NCBI GenBank assembly: GCA_051362555.1
Contig: CM120640.1
Location: forward strand, 15,376,001 to 15,440,000
Source of the DNA: Lingula anatina
Lineage: Eukaryota > Animalia > Brachiopoda
Length of the DNA: 64,000 nucleotides
Direction of reading: 5' to 3'
The notes beneath the pieces are model-generated. The model ran no database searches, had not been told where the DNA came from, and saw only the letters and a program-made list of their open reading frames with translations. Positions within the stretch are counted from its first letter, which is position 1. Each line of letters begins with the position of its first letter. Below, piece after piece: positions 12,086 to 28,913 of this stretch. The translations under genes were made by a program, and so were the position numbers.

Positions 12086-15000
12086 TTTTTTTTATGGAAT
12101 TACCCTGTTTTAATATGCAACATACCTTTTCAATACTTTTATGACCAATATTGGTCACTCTATTTTAAATGTTAGTAAAAGTAGTGTTTTTGACTTCTTT
12201 AAATCGGTCGATCTCCATATCTTGGTTTCAGAATTGTTGTGTACGGGAATCTACTACCCGTAGTACTATTTTTAGATGATTTGTATTATTGTTCAATGGC
12301 ATTTTTACGTGAACTGGAAATGCATCATAGTAAACTGAAGAAACAATTGAAGTTCTAAAGAAATATTTATGGCATGGTTTTCAGTAATGGACTGACTACT
12401 TAGCTGGTTGATTAATACAATCAAATTTTGAGGACGACAGAATTCATCATTAAATGCATTCTCATTTGAGTCTTGATTCAAAATTATGGTCCCATTAAGC
12501 ACATGAAACAATTTTATTGTATATTCTTTATTTTATGAACTTAGTTTTATTGCATAAGCCCTACAACATGACCCAACCGCTATTAAATGCACTGTGATAT
12601 TATTGGCCAAATTGGAAAATGTTAAGCTATATAGCATAACCATTCATATTGTTGAGGTCAGAAGTTTTAGCATCGTTATATCATGGACTTGACGCTCTAC
12701 TCGAATGCTGAGGATTTTATGCTTCTTGAGACAAGCTATAAAAGCTACCCAAGTGCCTTGTATTGTATTGTTCATAGTGATTGAAACGACCTTTCACACA
12801 GTTATTGTTTGTTCCACCTTTTGTTGATGTTTCTGTTCACGAACTGTTTGATATTTATAAGCTACATTATTCATTGAAGTTTTTGTTGATGTTTGGCCAA
12901 TTGTAAACATATTTTATGGATCATAACACTTTGGTAAGGTCTTTACTTTATTCATAAGGAATACAAAATATTTCTAAATAGCAAATCTAAGAACGTGCTA
13001 AAGAAAAAAATTTGTTAGTGTAAGGGAATAAGAATTTTACACTGTTGTTTGGTTATCTACTGGAAGTAACAGACAGACGACTTGCAATGAGATACCCCTT
13101 TTTTATTCATCACCGTGTTTTTACTACGGTATATTTTAAATATGGATATTCTAAGGGCAATTACTTTAAGAGTTTCAGTTCGAAACTTCTCCCGCCTCAA
13201 TATAACAATCGAAAACATTCTCACACTGACGTTCGATTTAAAGTGACATTCTATTCGAAACCTCAAACCCGACGTCAATTCAATTTTTTTGTAGTTTGTG
13301 TAACCTTCGATCTCACAACTTTAAAATTAGAAAGAAATATTTGAACGCGCTTTGATAAACATCCCCTTTGATAAAATGTGTATTGCAGTGAATAGGACAC
13401 TAATTTTACTGCCACGGGGGTGACGTTAAAACTACACGATCGTGGAAATTCAATGCTCGGTCTGTATTATTATCTAGGACATTTTTTAAAAAAAGTTTGG
13501 ATAATATTCAAAATGCAGCTTGTCGTGAAGAAAAAAAACTTTGAATAGTAAACACAATATCTCTGTTGGGCAGTTTGAATAATTTTCCTAAGATACTAAA
13601 GCCGGTGTTGACTGGTATAAAAAAAGGACGTACTACATGTACGTCGCACTTTTTTATCTCGCAACTAATAATTAATCTTTTTAAAAAGATCATTGTTACA
13701 CTACAAGGAAGAGCCAGCGAGAAAGCAGCGCGAAAGTCAAGTTTTCAATATTATTACCATAAGCTGCTCCTAATAGGCGCAGATAAAGCTAACTTCACAC
13801 AAAGTCAATTTACCCCGGGGCTTAGAAATTTCGGTTTCAACGTTTGCACTGGACTTAACAGCTTAGATGCACAAAAATGTATTGACATACGCCCAGGGCC
13901 ACCTGCCCACTTTCCATAAGAAGTACGATCTGGGATCCAAAATAAATCTAAGTTTAAAAACGTAATGTATATTTAAAACCACATAATTCCAATAGCAATG
14001 TTAACTCTGTAGATTTCATTTTTAATGTTTTGTTTATTCTATAGCTGTTTAAGCATGCTATTCTATACCTTCCTCGTTTTCCATAACGTTGGTTTTAACC
14101 TTATCGCCGTTTACATCTAGAGACAGTATTTTAATGATAGACTATTAGTACTTCAGTCTACTTACTAAATATATTCCATCTTTTAAAAATGAAACATTTG
14201 TTTATTTTAAATGATTAGTAAAAGAGTAGCCTTGATCCCCCCCCCCTCCAATGAAAATAGTGATGAGGTTGATTGACAAGTTATTATAACTTGAGCCTAC
14301 TCGGGTGATTGCTTAACATGAAATGGAATATCCTTACAGTATCATTTTCCTCGGCGAGCAGTTGGATGGCCTTGTGCAAATGCCAATATGTGTGATTGAT
14401 TGAGAGAGGAAATGACTAGAATGTAAACATCCATTCCTACAAGGGTTTTTCAAGTACCATTTTGGCACATTTATTGAGCATAAAACAAGAATTGAGCAAG
14501 CTTTACAAGCAAATAAGCGACTTCTAGACCGATATTATTTCACCCAATTTGTTTAGTACTTAGTAACGAAAGAAATGGGTATGAGAACGTAATTTTTGTA
14601 ATTAGAATTAAAAAAACTAAATTATTATTTGCACATTGATATGTTGCACATAAAAAAGTAAAACGTATCTGTTGATACAAGAATAATACTGATGCAACTC
14701 ACAACAGGCCGTCTGTTAAACATTTTAAACTCTCTTGAAAGTTTTGCCGTTGGCCATAGTTAATGGCTGCTGTTTCGAAAAACCCAAAGAACATTCCATT
14801 CAATTGCTCCATATTTCATAATTAAAAGGATCGAAAGGCAATAAAAGAAATTCAAACATTTTGTATTTCAACACTTGGCAGGTTCGTGCCACGTGTTCAT
14901 GTGTCAAGGACAGAAACGCGAATTGCCTCACGTTGGCATTTTGATACGACTTTCAGACTAAAACACTCACGTAGTTCATACCCTTACGACTGGAAAGATT

Positions 15001-15293
15001 GAAATTAATAATTACTTCACCTCGGTAGTAAACTTATGCTGATAATACTATATGAATTTGATAACATTGGCACATCTCTTGGCAAGGATACTCCAAATCT
15101 AAATAAATGTCGCACTACATGCCCTCGTAGTTTAGTAAATGAATGATGTATGTAGGCTATCCCTAGTTGTTATCATCGCGAACTTATACACGGGGGAAAT
15201 AAATAAAAATTTACTAAGTGTGCAACTATTAATAGATCTATACATAAATCTTCTTAAAACTCATAATATGAATAGATTGTAGACGGTATAACA

Positions 15294-16502
15294 TTATGAA
15301 TTTGCCTTAACATGATCTATCTGTTTAGGGACGTCCCAAAGTTGTGAAATGCACGGTGTTTCCAATTTCTGTAGCGCAATACCGTTGGCCATCTGCCACG
15401 CATAATATTTTTGGGCAGATGTTCGAGGAGAGAACGATTTCGTATTAGCACCTAATATTCCAGTTGATTTTGATGACCCGGAGCTTGCTCTAGAATCTGG
15501 ATCAGACAGGGTTATCGTTTCCACTGAAGACCCCGAAGCCGAGCCCGCGGACCGGGTGGACGAGGCGGAGCTTTGTCTGTATGGGCTATGAATAATCCTC
15601 GGTAATAGTACACTGACCGAATCCGTGTCCGCAGTAGCATTTACTGCGTCTCCTAAACTACCACCACATTGTTTTGAATCTAGAAAATTTCTTTCTTTAT
15701 GTTTTGGTTGGTTACCATGTGAGCTGTCATGAAAACTGTTCCTTGACGTAGGGCTAGTCGTGTCAGCAAGCTGGGATGCTGACCTTAATGTTTTCTTCGC
15801 TTCTTTTACTAAATGGGGTATTTTCCCATTCTTGTTCTTCTCGAGAGATACGTGCTGTCTCTCCTTTTTGGGGTGAAGTAAGTTAACCTGTCGTCTTGCA
15901 TTGTTTCCGGTACTAACGGGTCTAGATGCAGGATCTTTATTTTTCTTTTCCTTAAAAACGCTCGACCCGACGCGAAGTTGTGTGCCAAAGTCGTCCACGG
16001 TCAAATTTTTCAAAGTAGCAGTTTTTTTAGATTTTACTGGTGTTGACAACTGACCATGTTTATTTGGTGTAGTTTCTTTACGTAGTGACCGTGTTGCTTG
16101 CTTTACAAGAGATTTTGAAAAGTTACTATTTAATCCCGTTAAGCCTGAAAGTTGTGCATTAACAGCTCGACTAACGTCATATTTTCCACTGTAAACTTCC
16201 AATCTCATCTGCTCCAATTCTAACTCTAGTTTCCCGGGATCACAAGGTTCCAATTCCTCTATCATGGGAGAATCTTCCCGTGAGGGAATTTCTAGAATTT
16301 TTACCAAATGCTCCTCGTTTGTTGGAAAACTGACTCTCTTTTTCGATTTTGCACTTGAAGGTCCTCTTAAACTCGCTCCACTTGAGGGCCGACTCGGGTC
16401 CCTGTTGCCACTGTCCCCTGACTGCACGCTCTCCATGTCCTCCTCTGGCCGTCTCTCGCCGTCACCCACAGGGGAGAACAGGAGAACTTTGTCTCTGTCC
16501 AT
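15294..16502 (-). CDS. Uncharacterised intronless Ser/Lys-rich, probably disordered protein with an RVxF (KKRVSF) PP1-docking motif
   Basis: 402-codon open frame in AT-rich DNA with locally higher GC. No recognisable globular domain. The true 5' end is uncertain because the frame stays open upstream to a TTAACAG acceptor-like site at about 16612. Confidence 0.75.
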   Translation of the reverse strand: MDRDKVLLFSPVGDGERRPEEDMESVQSGDSGNRDPSRPSSGASLRGPSSAKSKKRVSFPTNEEHLVKILEIPSREDSPMIEELEPCDPGKLELELEQMRLEVYSGKYDVSRAVNAQLSGLTGLNSNFSKSLVKQATRSLRKETTPNKHGQLSTPVKSKKTATLKNLTVDDFGTQLRVGSSVFKEKKNKDPASRPVSTGNNARRQVNLLHPKKERQHVSLEKNKNGKIPHLVKEAKKTLRSASQLADTTSPTSRNSFHDSSHGNQPKHKERNFLDSKQCGGSLGDAVNATADTDSVSVLLPRIIHSPYRQSSASSTRSAGSASGSSVETITLSDPDSRASSGSSKSTGILGANTKSFSPRTSAQKYYAWQMANGIALQKLETPCISQLWDVPKQIDHVKANS

Positions 16503-18767
16503 TTCTCCCTCGTCGTTTCTTTCTATCGTTCGTATTTCACATGATTCCCTCGAGGAAGAGAGGCCCGGCTGACTGCCCTTTGCGCAGGTCAGGCCAGTAT
16601 TGATCGACCATCTGTTAACAAAAACTTAAATACACAACCTTCTCCCTTCCAGTTCCGCCATTTTCTGCTAAGTGTCTGACGTAGAAACTGGCTGCTCTTT
16701 GGAAGGTGCTTAGAGGGTCGGTTGTCAGCCACCCTTTCAAATGCAAACACACAACAGCCTGTTAAATAGAACGGTAGTTTTCGTAAAATTCAACTCGACT
16801 ACTCAAGTGTGTAATCACGATATTGGATCTCCCCGTCTAAGGGGTTTTTCTACAACAACTTATGTAAACACAAAGAAAGCACAGAATGCTATTCCTAACA
16901 GCTTTATGCCCTGGATAAATAATAAACAATAGATTTTGAACAATTATGCGGCTTTGTAGTTTGAACCAGCCGCCTGGTGCCGTTGAACAGTGTAGGCTCC
17001 AATCATTTATTTCTAAAACACAAATATGATGAAGTAAAAGTAAACATTAAACGAGCTCTGTGAAATATATGGCTGCGTTCTAGGATACACTACAATACCT
17101 AATTAAGTTACGGTGACCGGTTACTAAGAAACTTCATTTAGTGTACGAAATAGATCGTTTCTGAATTCGATTTTAGATGCATTGCGACAGATCTACCTAG
17201 CTCCTCCAAACACAATCTCCATTAATATGCACTTTGGGTGGGGGGGTGGGGGGGTGGGGGGTTCACTTCGCCAATACAGTTTCTTCCACGCATGTTTATG
17301 TTCATTGGGTAGAAATTCATTAACGTAATTTGATAAAGTTAAATACCACTGACGTTTTATCTTACTTCGAAAGAAGTGTTTTCGAGGCTGCATTTTGGCC
17401 AGCAACAATGTTTTAGCGAAAGCAGTCGACGTCCATTTGTTTGCTGGATCCTTTCATATATAAAAAGTCAAATTATTTTTAATTTCTTTTAACATTTTAT
17501 CAATAGAAGTGCAATTTGAAAATATTTATGACTCGATCATGACGTTAACTTACGTCAGAACGTCACAAACAACAAACAACAAACCATACAGCAGCTATAT
17601 GTTTGTCTCGCTGTCGCAATCTGAGAATATTAAGGTCTATGATGAAAACCTCATCGTGATGAAAACTAAGAAGTCCAGTGAATCTTTTTGCATCCAATTT
17701 AACAAGTTAGGTAAAAATTTAATGCACTGCGTACACGTAAATTTTATAAAATTAAGGCAGGATGGCATTTCGAACAACTACGAGCTACTTTGATATTTTT
17801 CTTACAATCATATATTATGCACACTCCCCGACCGCAAACTTAGGATAAGGACAAAATATTTTCCTTCCTTTTTTTCTTATTATTATCTTTTTCCCCGTAA
17901 TTATGGACGTGAAGAATAAGATTAATTTTTTCCAAAGAAAACATTCATTGATAGCAATTTGGGTTTTGAAAAATACATTTCTTAAATATAAATTTGTATA
18001 GTTTAGCCTCTTTGGAATCGGGCAATTTTTTTATCTTTGCAGAAATTATAATTACAAAGAATTGTCGCTTGCAGAGCTAATTGTGTAAAATATAAACATA
18101 GCAAACAGAGGATCTTAAATCCTTTATGTGGTCATAACGTCTGTTACGTCGAAGCGTCATGTTATTGTAATGGCTATGAAATCTTTTTATCTGCTATTCT
18201 TCTCTTTTCTATGCAACAATGTGACGATCCATGTACCATTCGTTGATCGTTGAAATTGTTAATGATTATATGAGTAAAGCTAGTCAAAGCTACTTATTAT
18301 GTCCAAGTCAACATGAAGAATCAGGCTTATTTTTCTCCATAGAAAACGTACAGTTGATAACTTTTGAAATTGAGAAAATTTGTCTAGATTTTCAATCTAT
18401 ACACATTTCGCATCTCAAGAATCTAGTGATTTTCTTAACTTTGCAAAAATTATATATACAATATATGTCGCTTGCAGTACTTGTGTGATTTTTTCACAGC
18501 ATAGTCTAAAATCTTAATCATTCGCCTTTCGTCGCTTTTCTATGCAACAATTTGACGATATATTTTACATTCGTTGATTTTCTGTAGTTGCTTTACATCA
18601 ACAAAATGTTTCAAATTTTTACATTTCGCCTCTCAACAAATAAAGCTTTATTTTTTTTTACCTTTGCAGAATAATAGTTTGTCGCATGCAGCGCCTGTTG
18701 TGTAAAATCTATTCCCACTATATTTGACACTCCATACAATTCACTCTTCCTCGTAACATAGTGAATA

Positions 18768-18910
18768 ACTACCCTCTACCAGGGCCACCGATTGATTTTT
18801 TACTAGCTATTAAGAGATATGTCTCTGGTTAAATAGATGGCTAATCTCTGTACTGTCGCCTAAGCAAAAATGTCCACAGAATAAAAACTGTGGCCCTGGT
18901 AGAGGGTAGT
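18768..18910. mobile_element. MITE, about 143 bp
   Basis: 21-bp perfect TIR ACTACCCTCTACCAGGGCCAC / GTGGCCCTGGTAGAGGGTAGT. Flanks GAATA/GAATT form an imperfect TSD. Confidence 0.7.
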
Positions 18911-19653
18911 GAATTATAATATTCCTCTATGCGGTCATGCCGTCGATTAGGTCAGAGCGCCACGTCTCTGGTGGCATAACGCCGCAAAAGTCAAAGATAA
19001 GAGGCGCTATTGGGACATGAACGAAATACGTCACATGAAACAAATCGCCTAACGTACTATAAGTAAAAGTGCTAAAGTACTATATTTTTTAACCGAAATG
19101 AACTGCAAGGGGCAACAAAAATGAAGTCACTTTTGGCAATCAGTGTAATTTTTTCTTTGTTGTAGTTACGTTCCCTGTATTAAAAGAACCAAAAGACAAC
19201 CAATGATAACAAAGAGGTTTCATGTAATAAAAACTTTTTAATTATCTACAGATGTCTATCATTCCAACTACAGACGAGATATTATCCTCTGCCAAGTATC
19301 TCATGTCTATCTTTACAACTTTTATTGAAAGACGACATAAATTATAAAGAAAAGGTAGCATCTATAATTCTGCACTGAACATTAGTCAGAAACTCAGTTG
19401 CTCGTGAACAGGTAAAGCTTGGTAGGTACTTTCAGGAATGGAAAGAAGAATAAAACGCTGAATATTTGGATAAATTCTTGCACCAGTCACCACTTTGAAA
19501 CCATGACATTCTGCAACTGTCTTCTTCTAATGACAATGTTCATCATAATATTTTTATATTTTCTTTGCAATGTCTTTAAAAAAGTGAAAAGAATGCAAAT
19601 ATACAATGTATTTTCTTTGATAGTCTTTTTACAGTTCACCATTTTTGTGAGGC

Positions 19654-22647
<2,994 letters not shown>

Positions 22648-22949
22648 TTTGTCTATATAAAGCTAAACGGCTATAAATATATATATATTCGAATTTTATT
22701 TATTTCGTCATTCTGTAACAAAAATGTTAATCTTAAGAATTATAAATTCATCATATTATTTCTAAGGTTTATCTACGTAAATAGGTAGCCAAATAAGATG
22801 CAATAAAATGTTAATGTTTGTAAATAATAATGCAAACTTACTTTGGTATGCAGAGCTAACTCTGTTAAAAAGATGTCTGCGCCCAAACAAAACAACGTGG
22901 TGGTGTCCAGTTGACGTTTATTAATTTTATAACTCCCACGTAAATTGTG

Positions 22950-25682
22950 ATGGGTGATGATAGCAAAGCTGTCGTTGAGCGCCTTGTTGGCACTATAGAC
23001 TGCAAGCAAGGGGCTGTAAGAGCTGTCAGATTTAATGGTAACACTGTTAGAAATTGACATTGATAGCATATATTATTCATTCAGTCACCGAGAAGTGGGA
23101 GTTTGTAACTGTCAGAGATATTATTCAATTTATTCAATTTAAAATATTGCCATTTAAGTTTTTTGTTTCGTGGCACCGAAAGTGATGGATATGTGGGTAT
23201 TTGTAAAAGATACACGTCATAAGATAGCTGAGCTTTTTTAAAATTATTAATAATATATGATTTAACTGAAAAATAATACACCTGTACATACCTGTACTAG
23301 CTTACATTTAAAGTTGTACAGTTAATGATTATTTATTCACATTAATAAGAATACTTCTTTCAGTTGATGGAAACTATTGTCTGACATGTGGGAGTGATAA
23401 AACGATCAAATTATGGAATCCACACAAAAAGGCACTGATTAAGGTTTGAATCTTAATTTATACCAGTACTTCATAATAATTTTAATTAGGCCGAATAATT
23501 TGAGTGAAAAAAGTGCAATAAAGGAGTATGATTTCATCAGGTGAACATTTTGTCAGAGATCATCACTCAAACAATTTAAAGACTAATGTTTATTAGCTAG
23601 ATTATCTTTATGCATTATGTACTAGTACAGTTATACCTTTGCAATCCATTCTTAATGTATAAATCCAGTTGACAATACCTCACAATTCATCTAGGTGTAT
23701 AGTGGCCATGGATATGAAGTACTTGATGCTCAAGCCTCCTGTGACAGCAGTCAGATGTGCTCCTGTGGTACAGACAAGGCTGTCTATCTCTGGGATGTTG
23801 CCAGGGGGGTCACAGTCAGAAAGTACAGGGGACATCCAGGCATGTGAAATTCAAATTTCATCACACAGGTTCATGGCTTTTGTAGATTCTGTTTTACTGA
23901 TGCTTATGTGGGACAGTTGAGTACACAAAGTTTTTTAAAAGGACTGGCATTAATTATATTTTGCAGTGTTTAACATCTGTGAATTAATATTTGAACTTAT
24001 ATTTTGCTGCAAACTTTGAACAATATCAAACGTACACTCAGAAGTTATTAAGTACATTGAGTATATTTTTTACTCCTGTTATGCCCCCAATTCATATATT
24101 TGAAAAATATAATGCATGATTTATATTCTAGGGAGTGTAAACTGTGTTCGTTTCAATGAAGAATCTACAGTCATAATGTCTGGGTCGATTGATGGCACAG
24201 TCAGGATTTGGGATTGCAAGAGTAGGAAAATGGAACCCATCCAGGTAAGAATATTATATTAAATAATTGTACTTTATTCAATCACCATTAAATTTCCCAT
24301 CCGTACTGTAAGATATAATGTTACCTGTTCTGTTTAAACATTGGAATATTGGTTGTACTATTATGTAATTATGGTAAGGATGAGCCATTTATTCCTTCTT
24401 GTTCAGATTTTAGATGAAGCCAAAGATAGTGTGACATCTGTTGCAGTATCAGATCATGAGATTCTCACAGGCTCCGCTGATGGAAGAGTAAGAAGATATG
24501 ACCTGAGAATGGGGGACATGCATTCAGATTTTATAGGACGTAAATAACCTATTTTATGTATACATAAGTAAAACATCACAGTGACAAATGAAGCACCTTT
24601 TTTACCTTCTAATACTATGTAGATTTTCTGGTAAATCTAAGTAATGGCTCTACTGTAACAGTAGATTTGTCATAAAAATTGCCACATTATGGTATAACCG
24701 AGATCAAAATGTATCTTGGAGCAATTGTAATGGAAAAGCTTTTTCTTTTGATATTAGCTAAAATTGGTGTGAACTCAATTTTTTTGTTTCCAAGGTGACT
24801 GAGCTATGCAGAATCTTCCCCTTTTAACATATTATTTACACTAGCAACCTACATGTAGCATCTGAGAATACTTCTTTTATTTAAATTTTATTTTTATTTG
24901 ACCTGACTGGTGGTACCCTGGAGGTGACACGTACTGGGTACTTGCACTGCACATGATCCTTAAGTGTTATAATTTTTTCAACTTTTCAGAGACTGTAACA
25001 TGTGTGAACTTTTCAAGGGATGGCCAGTGCACTTTGAGCAGTTCCCTTGATAATACACTAAGACTGCTGGACAAAGCCACAGGGGAGCTCCTTAATGAGT
25101 AAGGCTCAAGGTTTTTACTGTATTTTCAAAAATAGCTTAGTTAGTGGAATTTAAAGACTCTTCCAAAAGTAAGCATGTAATATTTTTTAAAAAGCAGTGG
25201 CAATTTTTTGCACTTTATATGGTTTTATTTTAACAGGTATGTTGGTCACAAGAACGTGCAATATAAAATTGACAGCTGTCTCAGTAGCAGTGACACACAC
25301 ATTTTGAGTGGATCTGAAGATGGAAAAGTGTATGTCTGGGACTTAGTTGAGGTTTGTCAATATACCATACTTAGAACATACTATAAGTATACACATACAT
25401 GCAGCTACCCTGGATAGACTTACTGACGGTGCCGTAGGAAATGAAGAGAAGGAAGAAGGTTATTTGTTATGTAAAGGTTGCTTCGAATGAACTCCCTTCA
25501 GTTTTTCTCAAGTTTCATATGTTATATTTCAGGGCAAACTGTTAAAAACCTTGGACCATGGAACAAAAACAGTCCATTCCTTATCCTATCATCCATCAGA
25601 ATCCTGTCTATTGACAGCCATGGAAGGCAAGGTGTATGTTTGGAAATCAAAGTATGGACAAATTATTGACCCAGGAGACTAA
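22950..25682 (+). CDS. WDR83: WD repeat protein 83 (MORG1)
   Basis: Exons 22950-23037, 23364-23443, 23695-23839, 24132-24244, 24407-24539, 24990-25098, 25237-25351, 25533-25682. Product includes DCKQGAVRAVRFNVDGNYCLTCGSDKTIKLWNP, YSGHGYEVLDA, ILDEAKDSVTSVAVSDHEILTGSADGRVRRYDLRMG and SGSEDGKVYVWDLVEG. Confidence 0.97.
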
Positions 25683-25769
25683 GAATGGTAGTGCTGTCCA
25701 GAGTTCAGGATCATATTTTGATGACTATTCTCCAAATATCCTATGTATGGGAAGAAGTCAGTTGTATTG

Positions 25770-25943
25770 CAGGCCCGTAGCCAGCAATCTCAGAGTGGGG
25801 ATTCGTTTTCTGAAAAAGTGGACCTTTTAACGTAAAATCCTCAAGTACATAGCTCAAATTTTACCCAGAGTGGACCTTTCCCCAGCAAAAAGGGTGGTTC
25901 TTTCGAACCCCCCCCCCCCCGAACCCTCCTGTCTACGGGCCTG
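25770..25943. mobile_element. MITE, 174 bp, in the WDR83 3' UTR region
   Basis: TIR CAGGCCCGTAG / CTACGGGCCTG. 5-bp TSD TATTG at 25765-25769 and 25944-25948. Confidence 0.85.
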
Positions 25944-27328
25944 TATTGCAAAAACTGTTGAAAAGCAGAATATTTACTAAAAGTATGATAAAAATTAGGA
26001 AAAAACATGCGGAAATTCTTCACACGTCTGAGAGCTGTACACTTGGAGTTCAAAAACCAATTTTACTGGCTGGTTAGATGCTTTTCAGGGACAAATGCAT
26101 GTTGTTATTTTTATTAAAAAATGACAAAGTCTGATGGATGAAAACATTTTCTTTTATTACATACAAGTTGAGTTTGTTTGCTGATGTACATACCTGCCAT
26201 AAATCTGGTATGTTCCAGATATATCCATTTATCTAAGACTAATTTTATTCTATGTAATTTTGTATAGGGTACAATGAAGTGATGTGGGTTGTCAATTTTT
26301 AAGACAGTGGCATGGTTTATCCCCTTCCAAAAAACAAGTTATTATACCTTATTTATGTAACACCAATAAATGGCCAGTTTCATATATTATTGAAATAAAG
26401 TGATCTGGAAACAAATGAATCTAAATTTCCTTTTGAATACTACTTGGGTTTCTTTTTCAGTCCTTTATTAATTTTCTAAGTATGAAAATTGTCTTATCCC
26501 AAATTTCTATGAAAAGGGTTTCAGAGAAGAGCTGGTCACTTATCATGAAATGAATATGTCTGACAGGATATTTTACCATTTTTGGAAATTTTAGACTGGG
26601 CCAGCATAATGCCTTTAAAAGTCTATTATTTAACATCCAAAGATCTCCATATAGGTTGTAGCCTTTGAGTTGTGAAATTATTTATTGAAACAGTATGTGA
26701 AAACGTTTTTGATACAAAACTATCACAAAGAAAAATAAGCCTGACATCTTAACCTGATTACTTACTGATCAAATATGGGGCATTTACATTCTTTGCTTCC
26801 CACATCTTGGAAAAAAAATTCGGTGGAATGAAAACAAATTTTCTGCCAATGTGAAGTTATTCGTTATCCATGGACACTGCAAAACAATGACATACATTAT
26901 TCAGAAATGGCACAAAATGAAAAATATACAAATAAATTAAATTTATTCACTAAACATCAAATTAAGGGTTTTCAGAGAGCTCTCTGTACCTTCATAATCA
27001 TTGTAGTCACTTTCAAGTGTCAAATATATTTGATCCCTGATATTAAGAAGTAATCCAGCACCAATATGTGGAAACCTTGAAGTAAAGCATGCTATATACT
27101 GGTACATCATCCTATAAAAATACGTATTACACTCATCTCTTACTGCATCCCTTCCTTTGGTGGACACGATGGTCTTTGATAATGTCTTTAATTGAGACCT
27201 CTAGTCTGCATCAATCCAAAATAACACAGGATTCAAATACCTGTTCTTTGATCGATTCCTTACACTTTTTTACAAATATAAAAACAAAGTCGACCATTTT
27301 CACACAAAATTGGCACAATGAAAGGGTT

Positions 27329-28913
27329 TTATTTCTTAGCTTGTTCTTTCTGATTAAGTCTAGCTGCTTCAATATCTTCAAATGTTGGTAGTCCATGAGG
27401 CAGTGAAAGCATGTCATGTTCATCTACCATTATTTTGTCTGCCATAGCTGAAAAAAAAATTGTCAAAAGTTAAGACTGTATTTTGATTAAAAAAGTGCAT
27501 GCTTTTTATCAAATGCATAAATATCTAAAGAAGATGCTTGGGTTTAAACAGAAAACAGTTGTAATCAAAATTACAGCTACCTTCTACTGTTATTAAAAGT
27601 ATACAATAAAACAGTATTAAGACAAATTTGCTCTTAGTGTGACAAACTAACCTCTTATCCTTTCTAATTTGTTCATGTAAGCATTATCATACTGATAGCC
27701 AACTATGAAAGTGAGCGGCACTGCTGGTATTACACCTCCCAATCTTTTTTGCTTCAACCTAAAAATAATCATTATACTGAATCCTCATTCAATTACAATT
27801 TCAACAGCTCCAGTTTACTTTATAAAACATTCCTTTTGCAGAGGTAAAATGTTTTTACTGGTCTACCCTTATTATTATAAGTATTATCATTTTTTTTAAA
27901 TCGTTATCTATAGCCTACTGCTTAATAAAGTATGGAATAAGATACAAGTTATTTTTAAGTTCAACTGGAATTAGAATTAGAATCTAGAATTAGAACTAGA
28001 ATTAGAATGGTTGTACTTTGCACCAATTCTTTTAATTCTGCTTAAAAGTGTGTGTGTGTGTGTGTTATTGTATTGATACATATCTTCATGTCTAATTTCT
28101 GTCAATTTAAACATTGTCAAAAATTTAACTAAAAAAACAGCTTAAGAGCGTCAAACTTTTGGGATCTAATATCAGTAACTTATGATCAAGATTTCTGTCA
28201 AGCATGAATCTTTCAAATGAGAAAATAGTTTCACTGGATCTGTGAACAGTTATATTGAAAAATGTTCGAAGATAAAATCTCTATATTTTTTAGAGTCTTG
28301 TATCTAGAGGGTTTTTTTTCTACATCTCAACTTGAGTTGTTAACACTGAAAATCCATTATCTAACATATGATATGCAGAGTTATCTAATACAGAAATGTC
28401 AATGTTGAAGTAGATCTTACCCTGCTAATGCTCCAATCACTACAATGCCATAAAAAGCAGCCCACCACCAGAACATTTCACGTGCTCGTGCAATCTGCAT
28501 GGCCATCATACGTTCACGCATTTGATTTTGTTGCTGCAACATTCTTTCCAGCTGAAAAACAAACAATTTGTAAAGATATTATATATAACTTTTTATCCCT
28601 GCCCCTCAAAATAAATATAATAATAATAAAAATTTACTCTTTAAATGCAAAACTGTCTTATTTTGGACATTCAGCACAGCAGACATCTACTTTTGTATGA
28701 GATTGTGCAGTGCCATCAGTCTTGTTTTAGATATGAGACACCCAGTCATCAGTTCATGATACCTGTACTTGTATAATACTAACAACCAGTAGGCATATGC
28801 ATTGCTGTGTACATTTGACCATACAATATTACCTGCATTTGCTGGGACTGCAACATAAATTGTTGATTCTTCTCCATAACATCTCCCACTGTTTTGCCCA
28901 AAATGCTACCCAT
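27329..28913 (-). CDS. PLGRKT: Plasminogen receptor (KT) homolog
   Basis: Exons (minus) 28833-28913, 28421-28551, 27652-27758, 27329-27447. Product MGSILGK...QFMLQSQQMQLERMLQQQNQMRERMMAMQIARAREMFWWW...VPLTFIVGYQYDNAY...LSLPHGLPTFEDIEAARLNQKEQAKK*. Probable non-coding first exon with donor at about 29779. Confidence 0.93.

Noticed and set aside
22873-22914. Upstream ATG as the WDR83 start
   Set aside because: It hits TGA after 13 codons (at most a uORF); ATG 22950 gives the conserved frame.
26943-27423. ORF-track peptides near the PLGRKT 3' end
   Set aside because: They are alternative frames or 3' UTR; the real last exon is 27329-27447 in another frame.
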